64,000 nt of DNA from an uncultured bacterium (GCA_963749495.1 CAVVMW010000010.1:576001-640000); one strand, 5' to 3'; shown: positions 45,432 to 56,430, counted from the stretch's first letter. Notes: a model not told the origin generated them from the letters alone. Numbers and translations are program-made.

Positions 45432-45513
45432 CGGTCGCTGTAGAGAACTTGCGGGACAAAGGCAACGAAAAACTCAAAACAGTGATACGAAGGCTCCTAA
45501 ATGAGCGCAGCGA

Positions 45514-45729
45514 ATGAGAAGTACCGGTCACAAACAAAGATTGTGCTGGACCCGGCAGGAATTAGTTCAGGCGACGGGGCTTTCTTATCGAACGATCGTC
45601 AACCTCGAGACTCGCGGCTTATTAGACCGCTGCGTCGTGGGCGTCAACATCGCCTGTTACACCGAAGCCAGCGTGCGCGCCCTCTTGGGCGGGAAGGCGG
45701 CGGGTCCCGCGCTGCGCGAGACTGCCTAA
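45514..45729 (+). CDS. AlpA/excisionase-like small HTH protein
   Basis: WTRQELVQATGLSYRTIVNLETRGLL; divergent from the XRE gene. Confidence 0.65.
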   Translation: MRSTGHKQRLCWTRQELVQATGLSYRTIVNLETRGLLDRCVVGVNIACYTEASVRALLGGKAAGPALRETA

Positions 45730-45816
45730 GTGCTCTTTGTGCCAAGTCTAATCTGTCCATCGAGGTACTGGGGGCGCTGGGGCCGGGTGAAAGACGGAGT
45801 CCGAGGTTATGATTTT

Positions 45817-46323
45817 ATGAAAGCCGCAGTCCACGTCTTGACAAAGCAGCAGCGCACACTCCCGACTGCGACACAGTATGAGCGGGTCCAGAGTATTCTG
45901 GACAATGAACCCGCACTGCGCAGGCTGCTGAGCTCGAAAAGGCACTGTTTCGAGAACCGTTTGGACAGGAGGATTTGTGTTTCCAAGGAGGCCATCGAGA
46001 CCACCAACGCGGTGCATTCCACGGGCGGGGACGCTATCAAGGTGCCCAAGAACGTGATCTTGATGACGGCCGCGCGGGTGCTCGGGGTGGTTTCCAACAA
46101 TGGCCAAGAGACAAACAAACCTGCAAGCGTGCGTTTTGCCGAACCGAAACCGAACGGACAGGCATGCACAGTGCACTCGGGTGGTCCCGTCGAATTTGTC
46201 GAAAATCCCCGCAACCAGGCCGGGTCATCTGATGCCGCCGCGACAATTTCGACAAATTCGACGGGGGAGCACGTACTGGAAGTTGCCGTGATCCCCCCAA
46301 CTCGCTGCTTGAAGACTACCTGA
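45817..46323 (+). CDS. Hypothetical protein
   Basis: ORF between the AlpA-like and DUF3987 genes. Confidence 0.35.
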   Translation: MKAAVHVLTKQQRTLPTATQYERVQSILDNEPALRRLLSSKRHCFENRLDRRICVSKEAIETTNAVHSTGGDAIKVPKNVILMTAARVLGVVSNNGQETNKPASVRFAEPKPNGQACTVHSGGPVEFVENPRNQAGSSDAAATISTNSTGEHVLEVAVIPPTRCLKTT

Positions 46324-46325
46324 CG

Positions 46326-47540
46326 TTGGCCCACAAACAGGTGGAAAGTGCCGACAGTTGCATCATCGGCGCGTTTCTGCCGGTGGTCGCGGCTTGCCTG
46401 GCTCGTCGAGTTTATTTTGCATGGGGCGAGGAGCGGATTTATCCCAACCTTTTTACTATGCTAGCCGGGAGATCGGGCGACCGTAAGTCCACGGGCATCA
46501 ATTGGGCTGATTTACTCGCGAAGGCCGTGCTTGCGCCTGAGTCTTTCTTGCCTGACACCTGCAGTGCAGAATTGCTGTTTGACGAGTATGACGTGAATTG
46601 CGGAGGTTCGCCCGACAAGCTGCTCCTGGCGGACGATGCCACTCCCCTTTTGGGGACCTGGACCAAGAGCGGTTACGGCGAACGGGTGGGGCAGCGGTTC
46701 TTGAACCTTTACGACTGCAAATCCTTATTCGAGGCTTTCGAGAAAAACAGGAAATCGGATGCCCAGGGCAGAAGCCGCCGGATGATTCCTGAAACCAGCA
46801 CCAGCGTCGTCTTGGGGGCGACCTTTGACATTTGCCGCTTGCAGGGCCGTGGAATAAGCTCCGGCCTGCAACGTTGCTTTTTGTTTTATGCCGCCCAGAG
46901 ACACGGGCGACTGATCGCCTACCCCCCACCAGTTGACAAGACCGAGTTCGACCGGTTGGTCAGGATGCTGGCAAAGCTCAAAGAACTCCGTGCGGAGTGC
47001 AAATTTTCGGATCAGGCGCTGAGCCTTTGGGAAGCCTACCAGCGCCGCAACCGCAGCGTGCTGCAAATGGAAAATGAGCAGGCTCATTTGGCACGGCTTA
47101 ATGGCGCGCCGCGCCACGTGCAAAAGGTGGCCATGCTCTTCGAGGCATCTGTCTGGGCAAAGCAGGATGGGCCCCTTTGGGACGGAGTCATCCATATCCC
47201 GAGGTTGGAGTCGGCAATTGAGCACGTGGATCATTGCCTCCAGACCGCTACCCGGCTGGATTGCATTGCCCAGAAGGCTACGACCCGGAGCTTGGCGGAC
47301 GCTCTGCTGGCAAGAATCCGACGTGACTTCAGCGCTCCGCAGAATATTCGCGGCGGTTGGATTTGGCTCACCAAAACTCATCTGACGGCCAAATATGCGT
47401 CGCAGCCCAACCGCCCACATTCTTTGAAGCCGGAAGACTTGTACCGGCGGCTCATCCCCTGTCTCATCGAACTGGGGGTGGCCCGTTTGGGCGAGCGGCA
47501 GGGCAAAAAGGTTTGGTACGGGTTCACCGTTGAGGAATGA
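46326..47540 (+). CDS. DUF3987/YfjI-like P-loop protein (primase-helicase associated)
   Basis: YPNLFTMLAGRSGDRKST Walker A variant, LADD, LNLYD, SGLQRCFL. Confidence 0.75.
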   Translation: MAHKQVESADSCIIGAFLPVVAACLARRVYFAWGEERIYPNLFTMLAGRSGDRKSTGINWADLLAKAVLAPESFLPDTCSAELLFDEYDVNCGGSPDKLLLADDATPLLGTWTKSGYGERVGQRFLNLYDCKSLFEAFEKNRKSDAQGRSRRMIPETSTSVVLGATFDICRLQGRGISSGLQRCFLFYAAQRHGRLIAYPPPVDKTEFDRLVRMLAKLKELRAECKFSDQALSLWEAYQRRNRSVLQMENEQAHLARLNGAPRHVQKVAMLFEASVWAKQDGPLWDGVIHIPRLESAIEHVDHCLQTATRLDCIAQKATTRSLADALLARIRRDFSAPQNIRGGWIWLTKTHLTAKYASQPNRPHSLKPEDLYRRLIPCLIELGVARLGERQGKKVWYGFTVEE

Positions 47541-47689
47541 GCATCCAGAAAGCCTGTATGACTTGGCCCGCTTGGGCGAGCAGCATGGCGAGAAGGTGTC
47601 CTACGTGTTCCGGTGAGGCAATCCACCAAACTTGTGGCGCACTGGACCGTCTGGGGTCTTCACGGTTAGCACTGGTAGTACGCGCTAGC

Positions 47690-48410
47690 GCCTTCCAGCC
47701 TAACCAGCCCGCGCCGAGGTGACCGGTCCTGACCGGCTGGGGCAGCAGCGACTGGGGCCAACTGGGCATTAACAGCACCGCTACCTCCCTTCTGCCGGTC
47801 GCGGTCAACACGGACCGGAACAGCTCGGCTCTGTATGGCAAGAGCGTCGTGGGAATCGCCGCCGGCAATTACCACAGCCTAGCCGTCTGCTCGGATGGCA
47901 CGCTGGCCACCTGGGGCTGGAACGCTGATGGGCAACTTGGGAACGATGCGATCACTCAAGGCAATGCTCCCGTGGCAGTCAGCAACGGCGCTCTGCCCGC
48001 GGGCGCGCGCTACACTGCCGCCGCCGCGGGCGCTTATCACACGCTGGCCGTGGCGGCTCTGCCCCCGGCGGCGGCCAATTCCTGCGGGGCCAGTGGTACA
48101 CTGGACGGCACCGGCTCCAGCGACCCGGATGGTGACGCGCTCGCCTATATGTGGAACGGGCCCTTCGGCACTGTGACCGGCGTGACTCCAACGGTTAACC
48201 TCCTGGCTGGCGTTCACACGATTACGCTGACCGTCGCCGACGGCAGAGGCGGAAGCGCCACGGATTCTGTTTTGATTACGGTTGGTGACCCCAATAACGC
48301 TATGCTCAGCGGAACCTTCACCTCCACGACGCTCCTCACCCACACCCGTTATTCGCATGCCGCCGCGCGTCTCGCCGATGGATGGGTGTTGATCCTCGGC
48401 GGGCAGAGCC
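47690..48410 (+). pseudogene. RCC1-repeat / PKD / Kelch surface-protein fragments
   Basis: IAAGNYHSLA..SDGTL.TWG.N..GQLG; LDGTGSSDPDGD; RYSHAA.RL.DG.VLILGG. Confidence 0.65.
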
Positions 48411-48414
48411 AACC

Positions 48415-48560
48415 GGATGGGGCGCGGTCGTTCGATTTCAAGTCCACGATCGTCGTCTGGCCGGTGTCCTTGCGCCGCACAAGGTCAATGCGCCCAACCA
48501 CGCTGACGCCGCTCCTCGTCGGCTTCCAGGAAATCGGCGTCGGCGAAGACCTGGCAGCCC
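48415..48560 (-). pseudogene. PD-(D/E)xK nuclease fragment (helicase-fused type)
   Basis: VVGRIDLVRR....TTIVDLKS. Confidence 0.55.
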
Positions 48561-48789
48561 TTCGCCCAAGCGCCCAGCGCACGCTGCCGGAGGCCCTGCC
48601 AGGCCCTTTCCGTAGCCTGCGTGGGGGGAGCCGATGGTACAGCCGCAGCCTCGCGCTGTTCCCTGGCCAACCGTCAGGATGCCCGCGAATCGCGCCTGCT
48701 TGGCCGTGGCCAGGCCCAGGAGGGCTGGGCCGCATCCTTTGGGGCCGCGAGGGAGGGCACCGGGCCGCAAACGGCTCCCAGCGGCCTTT

Positions 48790-48894
48790 GGCGGCCGGGC
48801 GCTTGGCGGCGCGGCCCGTGGGGGCGCAGAGCAGGCACCGCACCTTCTTGGCCCGCAGGATGAGCAGGATGGCGTTGCGTGCCACTATTCGCAA
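48790..48894 (-). pseudogene. RecD2-like helicase fragment
   Basis: ILRAKKVRCLLCAPTGRAAKR (motif Ia). Confidence 0.6.
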
Positions 48895-49189
48895 GACCGA
48901 CCTGACGCCTCGTCATATCGGCTCAGGCAACGTCCTCGGGTCCCCGCCATGCTTGTTGGACGGTGATTGCCCCCGGAAATTGCAGGGTCGTGGGAAAGTT
49001 CGGGATCCCATTGGTGATACAGACTCGGAAGGCCGGGTCCGTAGTGCCATCGGGTAGCAGGCGGGCGAGACCCGTGAACGGCTGCCCGTTCAGTGTCGCG
49101 AGCGAGCCGATGGCCAAAAGGCCCCCGCGCTGATCGCAAGCCAACCGGATCGGGTTGACGGTATCTGCCAGCTCAAAGCGAGCCAGCCC

Positions 49190-49370
49190 GTGCAGTTCGT
49201 CGCCATCACCGCCGAGGATGAGGCGACGATCACACCCTTTCTCAAGAAGCGGCCCATCAGGGCCTGGGTGGGGCTGGACACGAGCAAGGCCATGAACCGG
49301 GCCTATGGCGTGGTGGCCATACCGCACAGCGTCATCCTGGACAAAGATGGAAGGATAACCGCCATCACAG
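49190..49370 (+). pseudogene. TlpA/redoxin fragment
   Basis: QFVAITAEDE...AYGVVAIPHSVILDKDGRI. Confidence 0.6.
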
Positions 49371-50132
49371 ACCGATTTCCGCACCGTACACGGTCCTCCG
49401 GTGAAACCCGCGACGGAACACCGCGGGAGACGTATGCTGCCGCAATAGCCTTGCCACGCTGCGTAATTAGAGCATGCGAAAGAAACACTACAAAGCGGAG
49501 GCTCCCGGCGGCGGCCCACCCCGACTGGTCCAGGTCATCCAGCAATTGGGGGCGCTAAAGAAGGAAGGGCTGACCGACCCTCGACGGGAGGATGAGCTCA
49601 AAGAACTGGAAAAGGACCGAGGGGAGGTCATTTTGGCTATCCTCTGGGTTTGGGAAGGGCAAAGACTCCGGCGCGCCATTGAGTCCAGAGCGAAGAGGGC
49701 TGAAGCTATCGATGAGGCGGCGAAGCGGACGGACCTGACATGGTTGGAGTGGCGACGGTTGTACGCGGCCATCTGCGAAGATTTGCACGAGTTAAAGAAA
49801 ACCGTCCAGCGGGAGTAAGAACTGAAGAGACAGCCTCATACCCACTGCTAGCGGATACTCACGCCCCATGGCAGATATCCCCCGAAAGGACCAGTCGGGG
49901 CGCAACTATACACTCCGCATCTCCAAAGTCTATATTGGGCTAGCGGCGAGAGGATCTACTCGGTCGATCGGGGGCGCATCCGCCGGCGTTTGATCCCCGC
50001 AGTGATCTCCGAGATCTCCACTCGGCGTGCCAGAATCCTCGATGCCAGCCGGGCACAGTCGGCTATATCGGCGGGGTTTCGGTAGCGCAGCTCCCTCGCC
50101 CAGCCCGCGAAACCGTCTTCGTCGACTTCCCA

Positions 50133-50549
50133 CTACACGACGATCGCCCCGTGGAAGTCAGACCGATAGGATCTGGGTATCCTAAACCGTTCCTCCAGAA
50201 TCCTGTCCAACGCCTCCCAGCGGTCGGTTTGGAGAAGGGTTAAAACCTTCGCTCTGACGGTCTCCGCCTTGATCCCCACGAGTCTTTCCACCCGGCACAT
50301 CGGTATGCCCAGGACCATCAGAGCAAAGGCCTGCAAGAGTCTATCGATCCGAAGGTGAATCCGCTGTCCACAGAACAGTGGCTCCACCTTGCCAAGGGGT
50401 ATTGACCAACTCTCGCTGCAGCCGGAGCAACGAACCTGCTGCATCGGTCCCCTGGCCAAGGCTGGGCGCACGCCGTCCGGGCACCTGGCTCGTACGCCAC
50501 ACCGCGGGCACTGGATCGGGAAACCGCTTTTTCTGCACACGACGCTCAT
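50133..50549 (-). CDS. Zn-ribbon/HTH hypothetical protein
   Basis: CPRC and CSGC pairs followed by an HTH-like segment. Confidence 0.4.
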   Translation of the reverse strand: MSVVCRKSGFPIQCPRCGVRARCPDGVRPALARGPMQQVRCSGCSESWSIPLGKVEPLFCGQRIHLRIDRLLQAFALMVLGIPMCRVERLVGIKAETVRAKVLTLLQTDRWEALDRILEERFRIPRSYRSDFHGAIVV

Positions 50550-50728
50550 CGTCTCATATCATGCACAAAGTGGGAAGTGATGTCAAGTTGGGTCTCTGCG
50601 ATTCAGACAGTGGGGGAAGGAATATGGTGCATATGGGCGGGGGGAGTTTTTGGCGACACCTTGGCCGACCGCCGCGGCTTGGATTCAAGATTCGGCGGAG
50701 TGGGCCACTGGCGACAGGATGGAGGGTT

Positions 50729-52384
50729 TTAGGCGGGTCTGGGGTTGGGTGGTAAAGTCAGGAGGTTTTGTTCCAAGGCCTGGATTTTCTTGAGCGCTTT
50801 GTCGCGGGCCGGCCCTTCCAACTGGAGCACTTCGCGGGTGAACGTCACCAGCGGCATCTGGGTGTAGGCGTAGCCCAGATAAATCACGACCCACTGCTGG
50901 TGCAGATTGAGTTGCTGGACCAGGGATTCGGGCGTGAGATTGGCCAGGGTTTCTTCGACGAACTTCCACAATTGCCACTGCCGTAGCGTATAGGTCAGGA
51001 GGATCATCACCACCTGGGCGGTGATCGCGTTGAAGCTGCGGGAACGGAAGTCGGTCAAATCGTAGAAGCATTTGAGTTGCCGATGCCGCTCTTCAATGGC
51101 GGGGCGTTTGCCATAGAGCTCGATCATCTGGAGCGGTTGGGCGGCCGGGTTGGTCGTCATGAGCGCCCAGTCATCGTGATGGCCGTCGGCGTAGTGGTTG
51201 CGGAGCAACACCACCTGAATGGGCACGGTGGCGGCGGTCCAACTGGTGAAGTCTTTGAGGGCGCAGAACTCGGTGTGCGTCCGCAGGTCTGCCGGCGAGG
51301 GCGGTGGCTGCTCCGCCCGCAACAGGGCCAACTTTTTCTGTCGTTTGGCTTCCCGGCGCCGGATGAGTTCGGGCCGTTGCGGCGGGACTTGGGGGACTGA
51401 GGGCGTGGGTTCTGGACGGCGTTGCCAGACTCCTTGAGGGGCCAGGGCCCAGGCATCGGTCCAAATATCCATGTTCTTCTTCATCGGGATAAGCACGTTG
51501 ATGCCCCACTCCCGCTTGCAGCGGCTGATGCGCTCTCCGTCAATAAACCCGCGATCCAGGACCAGCCACTTGATAACGCCCTGGCCCACGCTGGCCACAA
51601 ACCGGGCCACCAATTCATCATAGAAGGGGCCGACCTCGTGGGCGTTGCCAGCCACCAGCAGCGCCCCCCCGTAGACGTAACACCCCCCGCGCAAATGCAG
51701 CAAACTGATCCATTTGTAGCACCGCTCCCGGTGCGCCCGCTTGCGCTGCTCGGGCGTGAGCGATTCATAGTCCACCGGGTGATTGTGCTCGTCGAACCAC
51801 ATCAGCACGCTGCCTTCATAGGCGGGGTTGTCCGGCACAAACAGATAGGAGGCGTCGCCGATGAAAATGCCGGCCGGGTCGAAAAAGCCGTATTGCTGGA
51901 AGACCTTTTGGACAGTGGTGTTAAGCCACTCCAGCCATTGCGCGGCGGGCACGTCCTTGAGGGCCTTGCGCAGGGTGTCCTGGTCGCAGGGGGTGGTGCG
52001 GTCGTAGCTGTTCTTGTCGTTGAAGCCCTGGCAGGCCAAGACCCAGCGTTGGGTTTGGGGGTCCAGGTGCTTGGTTGCCAGGTCGGGCGGCAACGCGGCC
52101 AACAAGCCCCCACAGCGCACCACCTGTTCGAAAGCCAGGAAGGAGTTTTGCTGATGGAGTTTCAAGCTGAGGTTGGCCGCCAAGATGAACCACCGGGGCA
52201 CCTCCTCCTTCTTGCGGACGGTGGGCAGGTCCTGGGCCAGATGGAGCAAGAGCCGTTCTTTGAAGCAGCGCTCGAAGAAATCCCGTTCGTCGGCCTGGCC
52301 GAGGATTTCCAGGGCGTCGAACTCACCTTGGCGAAAGGCGTCCAGGACTCGTTGGGGATGATATTCGATGAAAGCCAGGTCCAT
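50729..52384 (-). CDS. DDE transposase
   Basis: FIGDAS, LVLDRGF, Y..R..IEE..RQLK (IS4-like YREK signature). Confidence 0.9.
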   Translation of the reverse strand: MDLAFIEYHPQRVLDAFRQGEFDALEILGQADERDFFERCFKERLLLHLAQDLPTVRKKEEVPRWFILAANLSLKLHQQNSFLAFEQVVRCGGLLAALPPDLATKHLDPQTQRWVLACQGFNDKNSYDRTTPCDQDTLRKALKDVPAAQWLEWLNTTVQKVFQQYGFFDPAGIFIGDASYLFVPDNPAYEGSVLMWFDEHNHPVDYESLTPEQRKRAHRERCYKWISLLHLRGGCYVYGGALLVAGNAHEVGPFYDELVARFVASVGQGVIKWLVLDRGFIDGERISRCKREWGINVLIPMKKNMDIWTDAWALAPQGVWQRRPEPTPSVPQVPPQRPELIRRREAKRQKKLALLRAEQPPPSPADLRTHTEFCALKDFTSWTAATVPIQVVLLRNHYADGHHDDWALMTTNPAAQPLQMIELYGKRPAIEERHRQLKCFYDLTDFRSRSFNAITAQVVMILLTYTLRQWQLWKFVEETLANLTPESLVQQLNLHQQWVVIYLGYAYTQMPLVTFTREVLQLEGPARDKALKKIQALEQNLLTLPPNPRPA

Positions 52385-52782
52385 CAGGGGGATCGCGCTT
52401 TGGTTTTGGGTTTGGGCCAGACCACGCTCAGGCTCTGGGCCAGTTGGTCGGCCAAGGCCAGGAGGGCCGCGGTTTGCTTGCCGAACCGGGCGCGGGCGCG
52501 CTGGTAGCGGCGCCAGGCCCCGGCCCATTGGCGGACTTGGGCGCGCTGGCCGGGTGGGACGCTGTAGAGTTTGTGGCGGCCGGCCTCGCTGCGGGTGAGG
52601 ACCCAGGCGGGGTGGAGCCGGCCATGGGCGCAACGGCAGGAGGCTTTGCCGCATTTGCGGCGCATGAGGTAGAAGGAGCCCGGGGTCATGGGCTGGTCCG
52701 GGGTCATGGCCCGGAGGGTGCGGCCCAAGGCCCGGCAGGCACACCAGAGGCGCTGGCGAAGCCTGGAGGTTTTCGCCTTCAT
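52384..52782 (-). CDS. DUF6788-like IS accessory protein
   Basis: GSF....RKCGKASCRC..G..H; coupled to the transposase start. Confidence 0.75.
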   Translation of the reverse strand: MKAKTSRLRQRLWCACRALGRTLRAMTPDQPMTPGSFYLMRRKCGKASCRCAHGRLHPAWVLTRSEAGRHKLYSVPPGQRAQVRQWAGAWRRYQRARARFGKQTAALLALADQLAQSLSVVWPKPKTKARSP

Positions 52783-53132
52783 CTGTGTTTATATATATAT
52801 TACTAGACACAGATTGCAAGCGCAAAATTCAAAAAAAGTGAAAAAAGATGCGGGAGGTCCGGCGGGCCCATGGGGGAGGCAAACCGTGCCGGGCGGTGAC
52901 ACGGGGGATGAGGGGGAGCGGGAGCTGCTGGGGCCCGGGCAGAGGGCCGGACTAATCTGTATTCTATAGTATTATAGTAAACACAGAAAGGTATGCCTGC
53001 GAGCGCCTCCGAGTGAAAAATCTGCTGGTGGGGGTAGCGGCCCTGCCAAACAAATGGTTTTTAGGCGGTTTTAGAAAGCCCTCCCCCAGTGTCTGAATCG
53101 CAGAAGTTGGGTCTGATCCCCAGTTTTGTTTA

Positions 53133-55222
53133 GTGCGCATCTCAGATTTTTCCAAGGTTGAGGGACGTCATAGTTGCGCGGTGGGTTGATCCCGGTGAAC
53201 CCAGGGTCTTTGGGCGGGGTTTTGGGAGGTAATCGGCCGCCGAGTCCGGGGCAGAAGAAAGCTTCATTTTGTACGGAACTCCGGCCCGGCCTTTTGCCAA
53301 GCTTGGGTTCGTGAACGAACCGACGCTCATCCAAGGGCGGATGATCGGTGCGACCGATCTGGAGCAAGTTCGCCGGCTGCTGGCAGCGCATCCAGATTGG
53401 AGTCGCCGCCCTCTGAGCCAGCAGTTGGCTGTGCTCTGGAACTGGCGCAACCCGGCAGGCCCTGCCTGCCGGCAGGCAGGCCAACTCAAAGATATGGCCG
53501 CGCGGACGCTGTTGCTCAAATTGGAGCAGCGGGATTGGATTGCGTTGCCGCCGCGCCGACAGGCTCCGTCCAATCGCATGCGGGCCAAGCAGATGCCGCC
53601 ACGATCGGTGCTGGTGCCGGAGTCGCCGGTGCAGGAGGACCTGGGCAAGCTGCTGCCGCTGGACATCCGCGAAGTCAGCGTGTCGGGGGGGAGCCTCGGG
53701 CACGCCCCCTTCGAAAGCCTGCTTCACCGCCATCACTATTTGAGCTGCCGCAGTCCGGTGGGCGAAAACCTCCAATATCTGGCGAGCGATCGCCACGGAC
53801 GGCCCCTGGCCTGCCTACCGGCAGGTAAACTTGCCTGCTCTTTGGCGCGGCGGCCTGGCAGTGTGCCGACCGGGATGAGTATATCGGCTGGGACGGGCCG
53901 ACCCGTGGCCAAGGCCTGCATCTGATTGCCAACAATACGCGCTTTTTAATCCCGTCCTGGGTGCGGGTGCCTCATCTGGCCAGCCACCTTTTAAGCCGCA
54001 TCGCCCGGCGTGTGAGCCGCGATTGGCAGGGCAAATACGGCCATCCCATCTATCTGCTGGAAACCTTCGTCGAGGCGGGGCGCTTCGCTGGCGGTTGCTA
54101 CCAGGCCGCCAACTGGCGGCGTGTGGGCCGAACCAAGGGCCGCAGCCGGCAGAACCGCCCGGATGGCCGTGCCTACCGGCAGGCAGGCCGTCCCTACCGA
54201 CAGCCCCTCAAAGACGTTTACCTTTACCCCTTGCATCCGCGCTTTCGGCAAAGGCTGCAAGGGTGCCGACAACCCCAGTTCCTTAACCCCTGCCCACCTA
54301 TCACCCCATGACCCTTACCCAGAAGCCCAGCCGCCAAGTTCGTCGCGCCCAGGCCCGCCGCAGCCAAGCCCAACCGGAGCCACGCCTGAGCCCAGCCCAA
54401 GAGGCTCAATGCCTGACTCAGGAGATTATGGTCCAAGCTGCCGTCAAGGCCACGGCCTGCCTGCCGGCAGGCAGGCGGTGGCCCTGACCCAGGCCGAGTG
54501 GACCGACGCCGAAGTGCGGGCTTGGCGCGCCGATCTGGCGGTGCGCCTGGCGACCATCCAAGAGCACCCGGAACAAAATCTCGGTCATATCGAAGAGACT
54601 CTGGCGGAGGCGTCCAAAGAGATGCTCCGCGTGTTGGCACAACGGGCGGCGCAGGTTAAGGCCAACACCGCGCTCTGCCAATGCCTGAAGTGTCACCAGG
54701 AACTGACCCACCAGAGGTGCCTTTCCCGCGGCATCAACTCGCGGTTCGGCCGGTTCGTCCTCTGGCGCCGCTATGGCTGGTGCCCCCGCTGCGAGGTCTG
54801 GCAGTTTCCCGCCGACCACGCCTTGGGCCTGGCCCGCAACGCTCCGGCTTCCCCTACGTGCAGGAAATCTCTGCCCTGCTGGTCACTAAGATGCCCCCGG
54901 AGCAGGCCGTGGCTGTGGCCGAGCGCCTGGGCTTAACGTTCTCCCGTTGCCTGTTGGATCGTGAGGCTCACCGCCAGGGACTCAAGGCGCAGATCCGACG
55001 TTCCAAGACGGTTGCCGAGCTAGACACTTGGGAGGGCATTCAGCAGCAGTTGGGCCGCCATACCGAAGGCCCGCCAACGCAGCCCTTCACCCTGGTCATC
55101 GAGATCGACGCCTGGAACATCCGTGAGCGCGATGACTGGGGCCAGACCAAAGCCCTGCGGGAGCAGGGTAAGCAGCCCGAACGCTACCACTGGGTCTATA
55201 TGGGCACGGTCTTCCGCCTGGA
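53133..55222 (+). mobile_element. Truncated IS carrying DUF4338 and an ISKra4-like transposase
   Basis: Probable end gtgcgcatctcagatttttccaaggttgag; two coupled ORFs; cut by an IS66 end. Confidence 0.6.
53311..54311 (+). pseudogene. DUF4338 (DruA-like domain) protein with palindrome insertions and a frameshift
   Basis: HHYL....VGENLQYL, NNTRFLI, PHLASH.L, LETFVE, CYQAANW..VG.T.G. Confidence 0.8.
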
Positions 55223-55226
55223 GTAA
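54308..55226 (+). pseudogene. ISKra4-like transposase, frameshifted and 3' truncated
   Basis: C.KC, SRFG...L.R.YGWC.RC, PAD.ALGL, VIEIDAW. Confidence 0.65.
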
Positions 55227-56430
55227 CTACTCAGGGCGTTTTGGATCCCACCGGCAGAAAGGGATGACCGTCGAGGGTGTTGCGGAGGTGTTCGAGCACC
55301 GGCAGGCCGTGCTTGCGCAGGGTCGCGATGTAACTACGGATGCGTGCGTGACAACGGGCGCCTTCCAGAGTGCGAAAGCAGCCAGATATCTCCACCCGGA
55401 CCTTGATCATGCGGAAGTCGCGTTCGGCTTCGTTGTTGGTAAAGGGCAATGTGAAGTTCGACAGGAATGCCAGAATGCATTCATCGCAGCCCTGGAGCCG
55501 ATCCAATAAGTTCTGTTCTTTGGATTGCTTGGGGCGCTTTTTCTTCATTTGCTCCGGGGTGAGCGGATTGGCTTGGCGGCCAGCGCGTATTACCTTCCTG
55601 TATTGCTGATACCACCGGTCCACCTCGGCTGGCGTCAAGGGTGCATCCCGAGCCTTTCGATCCTTGACGCACTTCAACATCTCCAGGAAGAGGTCGTAAA
55701 GGTCTTTGGCCCATTGTTGGTGGTGTTGCTCAAAGAGGAACACCAATTCGCGCATCAGGTGGCTTTTGCAGAAGGTGTGAAGGCAGTTCTCAAAGGTTAA
55801 GTAGCTGGCGTGGAAGTCATGCATCAACCAACCCTTGAATCGGGGGATGACGCCCATGGCTTGCATCGCCTCTTTGCCTCGGGTGAGTTGGACGCTCAAA
55901 AACGTCAGCAGGGGCGTGCAAATGACGTGCAGCCAATGGGTGACCTTGTTGATGGGCACGCTGGTTTCGTCGCCGTGGAGAATGGGTTCTTGGGGCAGGA
56001 TTTCCACCAGGCGCTCTTCAAAAGGTTGCAGCCCCTGGTATTGTTCTTGGCGAGCGCTTTGCAGGGTGCCTTCACTGACGGCAAAGCCGAACATCTCCTG
56101 GCCCATTTCGCGGATGCGGCGGCTGGCCCCCTCTTGGGCGTCGTAGAGGTAGGTCAGCAAGGCGCGAAAGTTCTTCCCGTATTGGACCGGGGCTTTAATG
56201 TCGACCGGAAAATCAGCCCGGCAGGTTCGCCCGCAGATGGGGCACTCTTTGATTTCAGCTCGATGCTCGGTGCATTCCAAGGGGTTCTTCCGGAATGTTC
56301 TGGGGAAAAAGCATTGGTCCGAACGGAGGTCAGGGTGCGCCTGTTGGCGGGGACACTCGAGGAATGTAGTGAGTGGGTTCAGGCCAGATGAGGCATGGCT
56401 TTTAGGATGAGGACGGTGGGGAGGGCCTGA
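55223..56430 (-). mobile_element. IS66 remnant (right end plus partial transposase)
   Basis: End gtaactactcag; HGDET, PFTNNEAERDFRMIKV, SGCFR; 5' part replaced by unrelated sequence. Confidence 0.85.

Larger units (their letters stand above)
50596..53103 (-). mobile_element. Complete IS4-like insertion sequence, 2508 bp, 11-bp TSD
   Basis: TIR ctgcgattcagaca(g/c)tggggga; TSD aagttgggtct at 50585..50595 and 53104..53114. Confidence 0.9.

Noticed and set aside
52385..52825. N-terminal extension of the 698-aa transposase ORF
   Set aside because: Pro/Arg-rich off-frame reading of the DUF6788-like gene; the likely start is MDLAFIE at 52384
53311..54311. Druantia defence system
   Set aside because: Only a DUF4338 domain inside an IS; no DruE helicase or other partners
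4900..54860. Programmed frameshifting or phase variation at split genes (~4910, 9710, 22185, 31142, 32975, 54855)
   Set aside because: The four junctions I reconstructed (22185, 31142, 32975, 54855) are single-base losses in short G/C runs with no slippery heptamer; sequencing error is the simpler explanation
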